A stretch of DNA of 64,000 nt from Blastocladiella emersonii ATCC 22665 (lineage: Eukaryota > Fungi > Blastocladiomycota): assembly GCA_025594325.1 (NCBI GenBank), contig JANHCV010000005.1, forward strand, positions 1,736,001 through 1,800,000. The letters are read 5' to 3'. Both the position numbers and the translations under genes were made by a program. Positions 24,300-35,490 of this stretch are shown here, piece by piece. The notes below the pieces were generated by a model, which was given only the letters and a program-made list of their open reading frames with translations, was not told the DNA's origin and did no database searches. Each line of letters starts with the position of its first letter. The first letter of the stretch is position 1.

Positions 24300-24980
24300 A
24301 CGCGACTAAATTGCGACTAAACCGCGACTGAACTGCAACTAAACCTCGACTGAACCGCGACTGAACCTCAACTAAACCGCGACAGAACCATGACCAAACC
24401 AAGACCAAACCGTGACTGAACCTCACTAAACCTCGACTAAACCTCGACTAAACTCAGACTAAACCTCGACTAAACTCAGACTAAACCGTGACTGAAACTC
24501 AACTGAACCATGACTGAACCACGAGTAAACCTAGAGTAAACCTAGAGTAAATCTAGAGTAAATCTAAACTCAACCAGTACTGAACTCAGAGTAAACCTCG
24601 AGCAAACCGGAAACAGAATTCTATTCGACTTGAGTCAGACTATGAGCAGACCCTGAAACTTCCACATCAACCCCAAAGTAGATTCAGACTGAACCCAAAG
24701 TAAACTCAAACTGAACTGGAACTAAACTAAAATCAAACTCGATCAAAAGCTGACCAGACCTGGACCAAACGCAGACTAAACTGAAACCAAAACCAGACTA
24801 AACGCAGACCAAACGCAAACTAGACTCGGACTATACGCAAACTAGACTCAGACCAGACTGAAATTGAATGAAGCCAGCGCCGAGACAACTCGGAGCAAAC
24901 CTGAATATGACCTGAGTGGACTGAAAGCAGACTGAAAGCAGACTTGGACCAAAACCAGACCAGAACGTGACCAGACAGTC
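24300..24980 (+). repeat. Left subterminal array of ~10-11-bp units (ACTAAACC[GT]CG / ACTGAACC / AGACTAAA variants)
   Basis: Dozens of degenerate tandem units immediately inside the left TIR. Confidence 0.9.
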
Positions 24981-24981
24981 T

Positions 24982-25625
24982 GCTCCCATTTCACTTATTT
25001 CACTCCCCTGCTTAATAACTCCCAAAGAACAACTCAAGAGACCTCCATGGCTTCTCGCGTAGTAGTAGATTCCGTCGAGAAAATACGCGATATCGCAAGG
25101 GTTGGGCACCTGAGGTCAGCTACCCGCCACAAGGCCAGCCTGCCTACACCCCATGTATCTCACTGCCCTGCTTGATAACGCCCAACGCACAGCTCAGAAG
25201 ACCTTTATAAAATTACGCGTAGTAGTAGATTCCATTGCGAAATTATTTGATATCGCAAAGGGAAAGACACGCAATGTCAGCTGCGTGCCACAAGCACGAT
25301 CTGCCCTTTCCCCCCATATTTCACTTTCCTTTTTAACACCACCCAACTCTCTTCTCAGGAGCCTTAAAGAGCACTGCAGTTAGTAGTAGATTCCGCTCAG
25401 AAGTTACGCGATATCGCAACGAGGTGAGCACGCGAGGTTAGTTACGCGTCACAAGGCAGTCCCGCTCAGACCCCACTTTTTTCTCTTTCTTGCTTGGTGT
25501 CGTACAACTCACAGCTTAGAGAATCTCTAAAGCCTTGCGAGAAGTAGTAGATTCCGCCGAGAGGTCGCGCGATAACGCAAAGGGGTGAGCACGCGAGGTA
25601 GTTACGCGACGCGGGCCAGGCTGGC
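24982..25625 (+). repeat. Four diverged tandem copies of a ~161-bp unit
   Basis: The core AGTAGTAGATTCC recurs at 25061, 25221, 25382 and 25543, each followed by similar GCGATATCGCAA..GCAC..CACAAG sequence. Confidence 0.85.
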
Positions 25626-26450
25626 TTGCCACGCTGCGAATATCGATGGACCACTCGAGCGCAAGGCTTCGGCAGCATGCTTGGCAACCCAGTAAGAGCG
25701 CGCCCGAGTGTCCATCACGTATCCTCAGACGAATTGTTTGAGCTGACCATGAGCGGGCCAAACGTGCAAGGGTGCAGTCAAGTCTGCGCTCAGCGGCGTG
25801 CCCATAAAGTAGTTGCCTGGCCCATTTTACTGCGCGGAATCGGCCAAGCTCACTGAAAAGCCGTGAGGGCGCGATCTACGGGGACCGTGGCAGCGCGCCA
25901 CGAGCCCCGCTCCTTGCAAGGGCAGCGACAAAAGGCGAGTCGTGGTCGTGCTTCGGGTTGGGCACCACTTGTTGCAAGAACTCAAGACAATGACCTTCCT
26001 CTCAAGCCATCGTTTGGGCTGCCGCGGCGGTGGCTCTACCCGCTACGTGCACGCCAACAACGCTGCCCCACAGTGTGGCGACGGGTCGGGGCGTTCGGGG
26101 CGTGGGACCGCTCTCCGCGGCGTAAAGGTCTGTGCCAACGGCCCATAAACAGAATGCATCAAGTTACATGGGCATAAGATTCATGAGAACAGGTATTTAT
26201 GGATGTCCGCGGTCGCTTGGAGGAGCGGGGCAGGGAGCGGGGCTCGGCGCTCGTTTCGTTTCAGCCGCCGGCTCGGTCGCGTGCACTTGAGCCACGCGCG
26301 GGACACGGCGTGCCGACCTCGACCCCGGCGTCGCTCCCAAACACCGCATCTCGCGGCCCGCTCACTCCGTGCATCGGCGTAACCATCTCAATAGCAGCTC
26401 GCTTGGCCGTCCCACCCGCCGCTCCCTTCGCTCTGTCCGACTTCCCTGCC

Positions 26451-27140
26451 ATGTCTTAGAACAAGCATCTGCTGCGCCTGCAACTCGCGGCATGTAACAT
26501 GGTCTTGAACGATGGAATGTCGGTGCGCGAGGTCGGGAACAAACTTCTCTGCAGCCACTCTACGATTTCGCGCTGGGTGGTCGCTTACAGGGCGGGTGGA
26601 GTCGCTGCGTTTGAGCCCGTCCCGCGTCCGCCGCGCGAAACCAAGCTCGACGCCGACGACGATGAGGTGCGTCGCGCTCCACGAGGTATCCGCCGCGTCG
26701 GGCACGGTGCTCATCTTCAACCCGCGCCCCTGCCCCTGCAATCTAGTTTGTGCGCGCTGCCATCACCAGCACCCCGTGGCTCACCCTACGCGACCTTTCC
26801 GAGCTGCTGCGCGCGGAGCGCAACAAGTCGGTCTCCGTGTCGACGCTCTCGAGGCTTCTCGACCGCCTTGGCTTCTCGAAGAAGGTGGTCAAGTCGCGCG
26901 GCGCCAACTACAACGAGGAGGCGCGCGCCGCCTGGCGCCAGTACGTCGAAACCGCTGGCTTCAGGGCCGACCAGCTTGTCTTCTGCGACGAGTGCGGCAT
27001 CCAGCCGACAGCGGCCAACCACCGCTTCGCGTGGAGCGAGACAGGGGTCCCCGCCGTCATTGTGCAGCCGCGCGCGCCCACGAGCACGCGTGTCAACCTC
27101 GTTGCAGCCATTTCCACGTTGGGGCCCCTCCTCGCGCACG
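26451..27140 (+). pseudogene. IS630/Tc1-mariner-type transposase, intron-containing, 3'-truncated
   Basis: HTH (MSVREVGNKLLCSHSTISRW), second HTH (TLRDL..SVSVSTLSRLLDRLGFSKK) and first catalytic motif LVFCDE, then NLVAAIS. A GT-AG intron 26667-26746 joins the frames. Codon 3 is a stop, and no second or third acidic motif is seen. Confidence 0.8.
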
Positions 27141-27960
27141 CCGCGCCGTTGACGCAGACGCGGTTGACGCAGGCGACCGCAGGGCCGGCGGCTTGCGCGA
27201 CGACGTTGGACCAGGAATACGGCGAGTAGCAGGCTGGCGACTCGAGCTTGCGCGCGCGGGCTCGTCAAGCTGCTCGTACTCGTCGTGGTCGTGGTCATCA
27301 TCTCCATCGCTCGCCTCCTCACCACGGTCAGCGCCAGCGCCAGCGTTGCTTTCCAGCTCCGAAAGCGTCGAGTCGCCGTCGTTGTTGTCGACAGGGTGAT
27401 GGAGGGCGGGCGCCGTAGATGCGCCGAGTGGAACCGAGGACAAACTAGACTCGCGGCGCACGAGAGGGAGTGAGTTGTCACGAAGACAGGGTGGTGCGCC
27501 AGCGAGTCTGCGTACCAAGCAGCTGAGTACTCCTTGTCGCACGTCGAGCACATGTTCACGGCGACCTTGCTTGGACTAATGATGCCGAACACCGTGTTGA
27601 GGTGCTTGAACAGCGTGGTACCGTTGGGTTTCGACTTGAGAAAAGCGCGAGCACCGGCCGGCATCGTCTTGGTAGTGCCGGGCCAAAATTCAATGGCTAC
27701 GCGCGGAAGCAAGGGGCAAGCGCGTTAGTTGCAGCGCGACGGCGGCCAAGCTGGATGCACGTACTCTTCTGCCCAGGCGGCGGAAGCAGCATACCGCTGC
27801 AGAAAGGATCGCGGCAGTCCCCTCGCCGCCCATGAGGCAGATGCCGCAGCTGAAGCAGCCAGTGGGGCCGACTCGAAGCGCCTTTTTCGAGCGCCGGACG
27901 TTCATGGCGAGCACCGCAGCGGGTAGGTCGTCAAGTTCGTACGTCGGCATGGCGGAGGGT
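27140..27960 (-). pseudogene. Cys-cluster (CxC5-like) fragment of the kind found N-terminal to KDZ transposases
   Basis: WPPSRCN*RACPLL...TLFKHLNTVFG..NMCSTCDKEYSAAWY resembles the CxC5 pattern (P..C..C...T..G...C..C...Y...Y). It has stops and frameshifts, and no KDZ core is seen. Confidence 0.42.
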
Positions 27961-28289
27961 GGCCTGCCGTTCCAGCGCCGACGCGCGACCAACAGCAAAG
28001 GAGGGGGAGGAGGAAGGGCGAGGACGGCGGTGACTCGGCGCGCGGGTTGGGTTGCTGGAGGTGTGAATGGTGCGGTTGCAACACGGCGGCCGAGAGTGGT
28101 GGTTGAGCAGGAGCAGGAGCAGGCGCTGCTCGAATGCGGGAGAGAGGACGGGCAGAGGAGGTCGGAGGTCGAAGTGGAGCCAAGCCGCAGGCGAGCGGGA
28201 AGGCCGTGGCGGTGGCGGTGCGCGCGCGTCGCCTCAGCGTGGGTGGGCATTTTCAGCTCGCCGCGCCGCCCGAAAGCGCGCCGCCACAC

Positions 28290-29080
28290 GCAAAGCAGGG
28301 GACCAAGGACAGTAATGCATCGAGTGGGCAACGGGATGCGCGGCCGACCCCGCGCAGTTGAACGGGTAGAGCAGCCACCGGTACTCGCCGTCGAGCTTGA
28401 AGTTGGCTGCGCCTGCGGTCGTCGGCGCCGCGGGCCAATTGGAGTCGGGCACGACGTGGACGAACGTCTGGAAGTCTGTCACACTCACGGCGTGGTACCG
28501 ACCGAGGCCCATACCCGGTTCCACGGGATGCAGGGCGAGCGCCTGCACGGGAAAGTCCTTGCACGTCGCGGTGCTGCCCGGCGCGTCGTTCTGGACGCGG
28601 ATCTGTTTGACGATGGCCACGTCGTGCTCGGTGCCGTTGTGCGTGGAGTGCAGCGCGTCAGCCAGCTTCCCGACGCGGTACTTCTTGTCCGACGTGAGAT
28701 ACTACCGTACGCGAGATAGCAGATGTTAGCGACCGAACGATTCGGGTATGAGCACAGCCAGCAGCGTACCATGACCCAGTCCGTGTGCGACTTGCCGTGG
28801 GTTGGGAACTGACACTTGCCCGTGAGCTGCTTGTTGCGGAACCCGCCGAGCGAAAAGGCCTCGAACGAGATCGCGCCTTGGACATGGAGAACTTCACGTG
28901 CCGCGGGTCGAGAGCGTCAGTTTCTTGTGCTTGCGATACAGATCGCGCGCACACGGGGTACCTTGACGTCGTCGGGACCCAGCAGCGGGTTGTCGGCCTC
29001 TCGCTGCGCCGAGCGTCCGGAACCCACTTGTGCGCTGCTCCCAGAATGCGGTCGTTCATGAGCTCAAGCGGATGCTCGAA
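28290..29080 (-). pseudogene. Relic resembling the C-terminal region of Plavaka/CMC(EnSpm)-type transposases
   Basis: Fragments QFPTHGKSHTDWVMVR and HDVAIVKQ...YHAVSVTDFQTFVHVVPD...WLLYPFN recall the D-x-V-x-V and V-H-V-V-P-D motifs of that region. Multiple frameshifts. Confidence 0.35.
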
Positions 29081-30239
29081 CAACGCCTGAGAATCAGGGC
29101 AAACATCCAGTCGGCGCTGATGCGCGGATCAACGTTCAGTTGAACTCCCGGCGCGTGAAAATCTTGAGCTCGACGGGTGACGACATTGAGGTCAGGAGCC
29201 TTTAAGGGCAATCACACGGATTCGACATCTCCAGGGACGGTGTAAGTAGAGCTCGACACTTTGAGTTGGTTGCATAGAGTCAGTGGATGGTTTGAATGGT
29301 ACGTCGAGCGGTGAGGGAGGCGAAGGACGCGAAGGTCACGCCACGTGACGCGTTCGACTTTTGCCGATCGCTCTTGAGCGCGCGCGTTCGCCGCGGATGG
29401 CTGCGGCTCCCGCCGAACCGCCAAGTACTCAACTCACCCCTCTATCACCATGAACACGACGCATCCACCCCCTCCGCATCGCATGCGGCTCTCGTCTGTC
29501 TGTCGCCCGCGCCGCGGCGGCGCCCGTGTCGTGAGGCCGCCTTCGCCGCCTCGCTCGCCATGCCAGAGTCGTGTCCGCGCCCTCCACGCTCGCCTAAGAC
29601 GACGAACCGACCCCCGAGACGTGCCCGGGGCCACCAAGGAGGCGTACGCCGCCGCTGCGGCGGTGCATCCGTGTCGTGCTGAGTCGCCGCGAGCGCGCGT
29701 ATTCCGTCCACTCATCCGCCCCACTTCCGCCCTTCCCCTCGACACTCGTCGACCTCGCCACGCGCGGGACCGCTGCCGATCGTCCTCCGCGGCGGATTGG
29801 CTCGGTTCCGCCTGCCATCACCCCCTTATCACTCGCCGCCTTGAACACGTCGTTCGAACCACGCTGACCCGTGTCTTTTCCCACCTCAGTAGTCCAGATC
29901 TCCGCCCACCGAGCGCTCGTGCTGACCAGTGCCAAGCGCGCCTCGTGTGACACGCGATCGGCCGTCTCGGCGACGCGTCCATGGCCACGCAGCGGACTCG
30001 ACCGGGCTGTTCGACAAGGGCCTCGCCAAGCGCGTGCACGGCCGAGTTCGGCAGGGTGTGCGCGTGTATCGCTGAGGCTACGGTGCGACCCGCGTTCTGA
30101 CGCGTCCTCGGTGGTGTAGCGACCACGTTCCTCGCCGTTGTGATTAAGGCCGCCAAGCTGCTCCGCGATGCGGTACGCTTTCTCACTCGCTGTGGGCGTT
30201 TGCGACGCTCGGACCTCGTGGCCGTCGTCGCCCGCGTGC

Positions 30240-30620
30240 CCGTGGTGCCGTCAAGGCCGAGATCGGCTCGACCACCGACTGCATTGCCATGGTCACCAAG
30301 GACACGTCCACGACGGCCATCAAGACCTCGAACAGCGTCAACAACGGCACTGACCATGACCATTGACTCTGACGTGCTGTTCCTCGGCCTCGCCAAGGCG
30401 ATCAAGGTCAAGTACCGCGCGATTGAGGGCAACTTCGGTCACGGTGCGTTCCCGACCTGGTTGGCTGCAATGGACGCGCACCTTGAGCACCTTGCTGACG
30501 CACACACACCTCCCGCTGCAGATCAAGCTGTCGGGCGCTGGCGCCGAGATCGACAAGTCCAAGTTCCTCGACTCGCTGTCGTGCGCGGACAAGTGGGACT
30601 GAGCGACCATGACCTCGCAG
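30240..30620 (+). pseudogene. Possible Ty1/copia gag-like relic
   Basis: MDAHLEHLADAH..LQIKLSGAGAEIDKSKFLDSL resembles the copia gag pattern (M..HL......L...G..I......L.SL). It is frameshifted and has a stop. Confidence 0.3.
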
Positions 30621-30937
30621 TACGTCTCTCACGCACGATCATCTCCCCCGCCCGGCTTTGCTGACCTTACGTCCCTCACCACCAGGGCGACGGCTGTCGG
30701 CGGCGCAAAAGTCCAAGTTCGATCTGCTGCGACGGCCGGCGACCACAGCCGTTGAGAGTTCAGGGATCGTTCGCGACGACGAAGTAGTGCGAGGAGGTGG
30801 ATCTCGGTCGCCGTGTACACGAGAAGACGAGAAGACGAGAAGACGGCGCGGCGCGACCACGGAACGTAACCTTCCGCGGCAGAGGTTCCCGATGGTGGCG
30901 GCAGCACAAACACTAGAGAATAGATCCGCGGCCACGA

Positions 30938-31334
30938 CTGGATCACGACCGCGAACCGACCCGACGCGGCGAAGAGGCAGAAGGTCCAGCACAACGAGGG
31001 TCAGATATATGAACAGTACGCGAGGGATTTCCACGATCGAGAGGGGAGGGAGAGCGAACACGGCGACGGCAGCGGCGTCGGTGTAGAGATGGAGAACGGG
31101 TGAGAGGCGGGAAGCGCGGGGTGACGACGATCACGGCCAGCGCGGCCAGAGAGACGGGCGAGAGAGCGAGGATGGCGGGAAGAGCGAAATGGTAGAGCAG
31201 GGCGACGAGGGACAGGGCACCGCGGTGACGAGCGGAGCGAGACTGGGCGAAGAGCTTGATGTAGACAGACCTGGATCACGACCGCGAACCGACCCGACGC
31301 GGCGAAGAGGCAGAAGGTCCAGCACAACGAGGGT
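30938..31334. repeat. Perfect 64-bp direct repeat (30938-31001 and 31271-31334)
   Basis: CTGGATCACGACCGCGAACC...CAGCACAACGAGGGT is identical at both positions. Confidence 0.9.
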
Positions 31335-32334
31335 GCTGACCAACGCCAGGGCGCGGGCGGCGGCCGGTACTTATCGTGGTCGTGGGCGAGGCGAGGCCGC
31401 TGCTGGCGGAGGCGGGCGAGGGGCGCCGAGCACTGCGGTGCGGCAGCGACGATCGAGTCGAACAGGATGGGCAGATGATCTTGGGACACGGCGCGAGCGG
31501 GCCGAGCGGGTTGGGGCACACGGCGCGGGATCATGGGGCGAGAAGCGCGCGAGCACGCGAGTTGAGGGTCGGTACACGGGCGGGGACGCAGCGCGTGATG
31601 CGCCGAGTGGCACGGCGGGTGAACACGGCCGAGATGAGGAACACGGGGTAGCGGCGGAACGGGGCCGGGGCGCGCGAGAAGGCGCGATCGGGTGGTCGGC
31701 GGCGCCACATCACGTGCGATATGCGAGACAGCGTGCGAGACAGAAAAAAGAGAGAGGAGGAAGCGTGTAGACAGGGAGCGAGCCACCCACTCACACCGTC
31801 GCCAGCGTCAAGTTTGAGATCAAGTCGCTCAACATCAAGGAGTGGTAGCGGCGGCGGTGGTGGCCGCGGACGAGCTCGGGCCGCGAGCGCCACACAGGCG
31901 CGGCGGTGGCCGCGCGTGGCGGCTTACTATGATTATTCTAGCGCTTTTATTCGAATGGGTCTAACGAAATGCCTATCAGAAGAAGCACGTGATTCATTAT
32001 TGAGGCGCATCGCGTCTCGCTCCGCTGACCCCAACGCGACCTCTTAGGAAAGAGTGGCGTAGCACATTGCCTGTGTCTGTGCGCGCTCCAAGTCCTGACT
32101 CCGCCTCACATCGCCCGCAAACTCTTGCGCAACCCCACATGGCCGGGAGCTGTGGTGGCAACTGAGAGCAGCGCTAGCGGTGGGGAGCTTGGGTTCCCGC
32201 GCGTATGGTTACGCAATTCATGTTCGCATCGTGTAACCGTGGGTGGTTACAAGCCATTACCTCAAGGATCATTAAGCAGGAAAGAGAAAAATATGGAGTT
32301 CACGATGTGCCGTCTGGTCGTGGTTTGATTGTGG

Positions 32335-32930
32335 TCTGCTGCAGGTTCAGTCGCGGTTCAGTCGCTGTTCAGTCGCGTTCAGTCGCGGTTTACTCCGAGT
32401 TCAGTCGCTGTTCAGTCGCGGTTCAGTCACGGTTTAGTCGAGGTTTTGTGGAGGTTCAGTCACGGTTTAGTCGAGGTTTAGTCGAGGTTTAGTCACGGTT
32501 TAGTAGCGGTTCAGTCGCGTTTTAGTCGCGGTTTAGTCGCAGTTTAGTCGCGGTTTAGTCGCGGTTTAGTCGCGGTTCAGTCGCAGTTTGGTCGCGGTTT
32601 ACTTCAGGTTTGGTCTTGGTTTAGTCGAGGTTTAGTCGAGTTCTGGTCGCGGTTTAGTCGAGGTTTAGTCGAGTTCTGGCCGCGGTTTACTTCAGGTTTG
32701 GTCTTGGTTTGGTCACAGTTCAGTCAAGGTTTAGTCGCGGTTTACTCCGAGTTCAGTCTGAGTTCAGTCGAGGTTTAGTTGAGGTTCAGTCACGGTTTAA
32801 TCAAGATTTTGTTGAGGTTTAGTCAAGGTTCAGTCGAGGTTTAGTCACGGTTCAATTGAAATTTAGTCAGTGTCTGATCTGAGTCTGATGCGGGTTTGGT
32901 CCGAGTCTAGTCAGGGTTTACTCATGGGTT
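32335..32930 (-). repeat. Right subterminal array, inverted relative to the left array
   Basis: Tandem GGTTTAGTCG[AC] / GGTTCAGTC units, the reverse complement of the left units. Confidence 0.9.
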
Positions 32931-32932
32931 TA

Positions 32933-32967
32933 GTCGCTGACTGTCTCATCGGAAGTGAAAATGGGTG
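32933..32967 (-). repeat. Right terminal inverted repeat (35 bp)
   Basis: GTCGCTGACTGTCTCATCGGAAGTGAAAATGGGTG followed by TA. Confidence 0.95.
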
Positions 32968-34250
32968 TATCATCATTACCTCACTGTACCATGTCCGTCA
33001 AACTAACCAGTTGTTTTGGCGCTCTGTAGTTTATCATTGGATTTCACCCGTGTTCATTCCCAAACTTGTTTCCTTTGCACTTGCTGCCGGGCGACTGGTC
33101 GTAACGGATTCCAAGCTTGACGCTTCGCCATTGTGGCCCAACCTCGCCAACTTCACACGCGCGCTGCTTAAATCCTTTGAAGGTGAGGGGTGTGAACACG
33201 AAGTGCAGAGTTCAGCTTCCATGTATGGTTTTCGCCAGCTGGGCGAGAGCGGTGGGGTTTGTTCCGTCGAACTCGAGATTTCTGCTCAACAAGCCACCTG
33301 GCCTCCGACTTTCCTAGTTCTTGGCGTGGTGCGAGGCGGTTCGACTGTTTGGATTGACAATATCTTTGCCGAACCGGCTCGTGGCGACCCTTCGCGCGTG
33401 CGTGTTGTAGCCATCGGTTCCGCGTCGCTGTTTGAGCTTGCGCCCAAAACCATCAAGCTTGGCGTGTATCGGCAGCGCTATTTGGCCAGCTTAGACGCTC
33501 CCGAACGTGAGCTTATTGACGATCAGCTCCTTCCACTCTCAGCTGCGACCAGCACGCGATATTTGACAGGTCAGTTTGCTTCCGTGCTTCGCGGCTTGAT
33601 CCAATCACAGCCGCCGCCGCCTTGCTCATCGTCTAAAAATCCCAGCGCGTGGCCACTTTCGGTACTTCACGTGAACGAAATGGAGGGTGCAATCGAGGTG
33701 CTTGCCCATACCTCTTCCTCGATGCCCAAGGTTGAGTCCTTGAGCGAAGATGAGGCAGCCAGCGAGCTTGGTGCAGCGGTCTTGAAATTCCGCAGCGGCG
33801 CTCGTCAGAAAATGCGCTTTACCACGCCGGTGCTTCCCGTTGGGACTATCAAAACTCTCGCTGACTCGAAGAGTCATGTTCTCGTCACATTTACGCGTCT
33901 CGTGGGTTACGCCTCGAAGTTTGGGCTCGCTCCTTCGACGCCTCGCGTTGGACGCCGCGTGGCCGTTTCGCCTGACAGCCCGCTCATACAGCACTTTATT
34001 CGCGCGGCCATCTGCACCAGCTCGGACCTGATCAACGTGTTACACCCGCCAGCGTCGGGCGCCGTGTGTCGCGCAACGCCACATGAGCTGGCCGGCCGAA
34101 TTCTGCCCTCGTTTTCTCCTCCACACTATATCCGCTCGCTATAATCGCCACGTATTTGCTACAATCGCTCAGAGCCCCAACCTCACATCCGCTTGCTCGG
34201 CTGCAAGCAAGGCGTTAGCCACCAGTACCATCCCCACGTCGCACTATAGG
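32968..34250 (+). pseudogene. 3' half of the DUF4470-type gene, ending in a decayed MYND-like finger
   Basis: SPVFIPKLVSFALAAGRLVVTDS aligns with TPAFGVKAIAYAMASRRLVWTGS of the minus-strand paralog. After the stop at 34144 the frame reads ICYNR..RLLGCKQ. Confidence 0.65.
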
Positions 34251-34410
34251 TCGTTGGGTCTGCCCTTACACTGACGTGACTTGAACCACACTCTATTCGC
34301 GGTCAACCGCAAGATCGCTGTTGGACAGGGACTCGCCAGTCAGAAATGTACTTTCCCTGATATATTGGCAACCGGTAGCGTTAGGAACTGCTCCCCTCCG
34401 TGCTGGGCTT

Positions 34411-34520
34411 TCAACCCCATCCCTCCCACCCCACCCCACCCCACCCAACCCAACCTCAACTCACCCTCAACTCACCCTCAACCTCAACTCAACCTCAACC
34501 CGAACCTCAACTCAACTCAA
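34411..34520. repeat. C/A-rich simple repeat (CCCCA grading into CTCAA units)
   Basis: Direct reading of the sequence. Confidence 0.8.
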
Positions 34521-34759
34521 TCCACCAGCGCGTCAATGAGTGATACATGCGCTGCGGCGTTGTGGTTTACGCGTCGTTTGCGAGAGAACGCAGGATCAGG
34601 GAGGGATCTGAGAGGCGATCAAATCGAGCAAGGAGAGTAAGTATCACACAATAGGCGCGTCGGTTCAGCGGAGCGTCGTGATGCGGGACACGGGATATGG
34701 CGGCGAGACGACAAGCTTGCGAATCCTTACCGCGTTGCAGGGATAACACGTGCGCAGCA

Positions 34760-35490
34760 AATGCTCATTGAGCGACGTGGAGGGGCCAGCGGAGTTGGCG
34801 TGAAAGGAGCCCAATGCGGCCACGCTCATAGGGATCAACGCGGCCGCGATGGCCTGCTCATTGTTCGTCTGCGGAAAGTGGGGGCGGGGAACCGCATTGC
34901 GGGGGTTGACCTCAAAGTTGCCGAGCATCTGCGCGAGCGCGATGGCGAAGAGCTCGAGCTACGTCGCGTCGTCAACCAAGGCGGCGAATCCGATGCAATC
35001 ACCGTCCACGATCGCGAACATGGGCGGCTTCTGCACCAAGTTGATGTGCTTCTCAATCGTCTTCGCGGCCTCTTTTGAGGGAAACGAGCGCCTTCTTCGA
35101 GATGATGACGGCGGGCACCACGTCCATGGCGCGGAACGCGGCGCAAGGGACGGCGAGTCCAGTGGACCGCCAATCGCAACCAGATGCACCGTAGCACGCT
35201 TTCGGCTGATCGAGACGGGCGTGTGCCACATCGGAGCCCCACACAAAGCAATCGGTGACGAGACCCACCGCACAGCCGTCAGAATCGTCGCGAAATCGCT
35301 GCTCCTTCAACTCGAGCTTGGGCAGCGGGAGCGGGAAGGTCTCGGCCAGTTCGCGGTGGCGGACATGGGGCAGTAGGCCAGCGGTGTTACGCGCAGCGCG
35401 GCGAGCACGTTGGTCGGCGCCGCGCCGCGCAAGAAAAGCGACTAAAGCCACGATCCCGCCCCGCTGGAGCGGCCAGGCAGGTGTCGGTGG
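34760..35490 (-). pseudogene. Possible ankyrin-repeat gene relic
   Basis: TPAWPLQRGGIVALVAFLARRGADQRAR..NTAGLLP fits an ankyrin consensus. The surrounding frames are broken. Confidence 0.3.

Larger units (their letters stand above)
24261..32967. mobile_element. 8.7-kb cut-and-paste DNA transposon with 35-bp perfect TIRs (CACCCATTTTCACTTCC...), TA target-site duplication and subterminal repeat arrays; non-autonomous and composite
   Basis: 24261-24295 is the exact reverse complement of 32933-32967. TA lies at 24259-24260 and 32968-32969. Removing the element and one TA rejoins a reading frame (..TKVP|IIITSLYH..) homologous to the neighbouring paralog. Confidence 0.9.

Noticed and set aside
24300-25625. 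Repeat arrays as a CRISPR locus
   Set aside because: The short units are contiguous without unique spacers, the intervals between the 161-bp cores are themselves homologous, no cas genes are present, and the context is eukaryotic.
34411-34520. Interstitial telomeric repeat
   Set aside because: The units are CCCCA/CTCAA variants, not a consistent CCCTAA-type array.
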